IMG/VR virus record: IMGVR_UViG_3300012164_000002
Span: 13,745 to 77,744 of that record
DNA length: 64,000 nucleotides
Strand: one strand, 5' to 3'
DNA from: a virus
The position numbers were made by a program, and so were the translations under genes. Shown in pieces: positions 62,404 to 64,000 of the stretch; positions within the stretch are counted from its first letter, which is position 1; each line of letters begins with the position of its first letter. The notes beneath the pieces were generated by a model. The model did not search any database, had not been told where the DNA came from, and saw only the letters and a program-made list of their open reading frames with translations.

Positions 62404-62899
62404 CTTCATCTCCTTTGGGTACGAGGATCTCATCGATCCGTTTTTGAATCAGTCCTTTTACTGCTGAGTCGCGTGTTTTGCCTTGCGCGTCGAACAGGTT
62501 CGCGAGTTCGGCCGCTACCGCCGATCGCCGCTGGGCGTCTAGTTGCCGCCGCTGATCTTCGATGAACGGCGTGAACATGGCCAAGATCTCTCGGACTATC
62601 TGCTGGCGATCGTCGCCGAAGCCCATCGGGGCTCGACGGGCGCGCCGTAGCCGTGGTGGCCCCATCATATCGCCTGCGACTTCGAAGTCGCCGAACGGCC
62701 CCTCCCCGTCTTCGTCCATGTCCGCGTCTTCTGGTTTCGGGCGATGCTCGATCTGGAGCATCTGTCCGAGACGGGCGAGACGTTGCACGGTTGCGAAGCG
62801 GGCGCGGTCCTGGCCGGTGAGCTCGCTTTGAATCAATTCGCCCAGGGCGGCCATCGCCGCGTTGTGTTTCTCAGCGTTCATCGTCATCTCCTTAACCAT
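62075..62899 (-). CDS. hypothetical protein (3' end overlaps the next gene)
   Basis: Plausible coding sequence 62899-62410; reads on 329 nt into the next ORF. Confidence 0.5.
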   Translation of the reverse strand: MVKEMTMNAEKHNAAMAALGELIQSELTGQDRARFATVQRLARLGQMLQIEHRPKPEDADMDEDGEGPFGDFEVAGDMMGPPRLRRARRAPMGFGDDRQQIVREILAMFTPFIEDQRRQLDAQRRSAVAAELANLFDAQGKTRDSAVKGLIQKRIDEILVPKGDEDGFSMVPAVNVRRHQVGQDLERIDAGDARGPFADGAGGGPGPLHAGVAPDGAPGVVGPAEQARGDRPERLEGADGRPRRADYEGPGLLAEEAQAAPQADLGGPFHERQD

Positions 62900-63114
62900 G
62901 CCGTGATGTAGCCTACGGCGACGGCGCCTAGGTAGAGCGGCCAGAGCAGCCCTGATTGTATCCCAGCGACGAGCAATCCGAGCATGAAGGCGGCGCGCAT
63001 CTGGTCGGGTCCTGTCAGCGTGCTTTGCCTAGCGGCTCTGATGAGATTGAACATGTAGTGCGCCAGCGCTGGAACTATCATCGCGAGGTACCAGGTGGGG
63101 ATGTGAAGCGTCAT
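62884..63114 (-). CDS. two-TM membrane protein
   Basis: Two hydrophobic segments. Confidence 0.55.
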   Translation of the reverse strand: MTLHIPTWYLAMIVPALAHYMFNLIRAARQSTLTGPDQMRAAFMLGLLVAGIQSGLLWPLYLGAVAVGYITAWLRR

Positions 63115-63287
63115 CGAAGCGGGCCCCGCACTTTCCCTTCGCCGACCTGCGGTCCGTACAGCCAGCGGAGCACGCTGAAGAACCCGTCGACGTTGTCGAG
63201 GTAGTCTCCGAGCTCGAGGCACTTCTGGCGGTAGTCGTCGCCGCGCAAGTTGTCGGCGAATTCTTGGAGACTCGATAGATCGCCCAT
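63111..63287 (-). CDS. hypothetical protein (58 aa)
   Basis: MGDLSSLQEF...; coupled to both neighbours. Confidence 0.45.
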   Translation of the reverse strand: MGDLSSLQEFADNLRGDDYRQKCLELGDYLDNVDGFFSVLRWLYGPQVGEGKVRGPLR

Positions 63288-63998
63288 CTACTTCTCCCCG
63301 ATGAGCGTTTCGCGCGTGGTCTCGCGCATCGCGCCCTTCTTCCGTAGCCGTGCGATCTCTTTCTCGCCGGCGACCTTCCCGAGCGCGTCGATGATGCTCT
63401 TCTTGGAGAGCGTCTCGTATGAGTCTTTGCGCAACGTGAGGGTTTTGCCCTCGCGGGTCTCGATCGCCGCGCCGCCTCGGACGAGCCGCTTGATCTCCTC
63501 GGTGCCGGCTTTGTCAAGCGCGCGGAGCTTCTTCAAGAGATCGTAGAGCGCGCCGGCGCGATCCTCAACCGTCATCCCGTTCTCGGGCGCTGCGAGGATG
63601 CCGAACTTGGCCGGGTCGATGGGTTCGGCCGCGAGCGCCACGCTGGCCGCGACGACGGCCGCCGTGCCCTCGGAGATGATCTCGGCCTTCTTGGCCGGGC
63701 AGGTCGACCGCACGGGGCAGTAGGTGCATTCGGGGCCGGTGCGCATGAAGCCCGAGCCGACCAGCGTGAGGGCGTGCCGGAGCGCGTGAACATGCGCGCG
63801 TTGGTCCTCGCGCTCGTAGGGCTCGGCGTAGATCGCCGGGAGCCCTTGCCGGTCGGCGTGGAAGATGCCGAGCTCTGTGCCGAGGGGTACTTCGGCCGCC
63901 GCTACGAGGCCGAGGGTCCGCATCTGTGGAATGGTCGATGGCCGAGCGAAGCCCTCGTCCTCCCAGCCCGTCTTGTGGTCGATGACGACCAGGCGCCG
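63288..63998 (-). CDS. PD-(D/E)XK nuclease (Cas4/RecB-like), 5' truncated
   Basis: LVVIDHKTG..Q motif; CTYCP..STC. Confidence 0.75.
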   Translation of the reverse strand, partial: RRLVVIDHKTGWEDEGFARPSTIPQMRTLGLVAAAEVPLGTELGIFHADRQGLPAIYAEPYEREDQRAHVHALRHALTLVGSGFMRTGPECTYCPVRSTCPAKKAEIISEGTAAVVAASVALAAEPIDPAKFGILAAPENGMTVEDRAGALYDLLKKLRALDKAGTEEIKRLVRGGAAIETREGKTLTLRKDSYETLSKKSIIDALGKVAGEKEIARLRKKGAMRETTRETLIGEK

Positions 63999-64000
63999 CC

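Larger units (their letters stand above)
1..64000. mobile_element. dsDNA virus/provirus segment, probably tailless and membrane-containing, possibly temperate
   Basis: Tightly packed, translationally coupled ORFs in modules (replication, nucleotide metabolism, lysis, virion, recombinase). No host core genes. No HK97, portal, terminase or tail genes recognised. Confidence 0.85.

Noticed and set aside
63288-63998. Cas4-like nuclease as evidence of a CRISPR system
   Set aside because: Solo PD-(D/E)XK nucleases are routine in phage replication modules. No cas1, cas2 or array is present.

Overview
The whole window looks viral. It reads as a roughly 64-kb piece of a high-GC dsDNA virus, with no host housekeeping genes, rRNA, tRNA or CRISPR, and both ends truncated inside genes. 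No HK97 capsid, portal, large terminase, tape-measure or sheath gene is recognisable. Instead, about 7.5-39.6 kb encodes what looks like a tailless, internal-membrane virion (Varidnaviria-like, inferred). This block has a transglutaminase-fold Cys-His-Asp enzyme, a protamine-like Arg-rich core protein, a probable jelly-roll capsid cluster and many TM-anchored LysM/peptidoglycan-binding proteins. It also has a family of 7 spike-like proteins sharing an N-terminal [12 protein letters not shown] tag, a glycosylation/methylation cassette and entry enzymes. Other modules are a lysis cassette with a circularly permuted amidase (3.6-5.8 kb) and a HerA-like ATPase plus tyrosine recombinase with paired 11-6-11 dif-like sites (41-44.6 kb). 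A minus-strand replication/nucleotide block (48-64 kb) carries ThyX, dNMP kinase, a split UDG-exonuclease/PolA, SSB-like and AAA proteins, dCMP deaminase and a PD-(D/E)XK nuclease. Two lipoproteins with TGGAP linkers suggest a Polyangiales (Myxococcota) host (inference). All calls come from motif reading only; no database searches were run.
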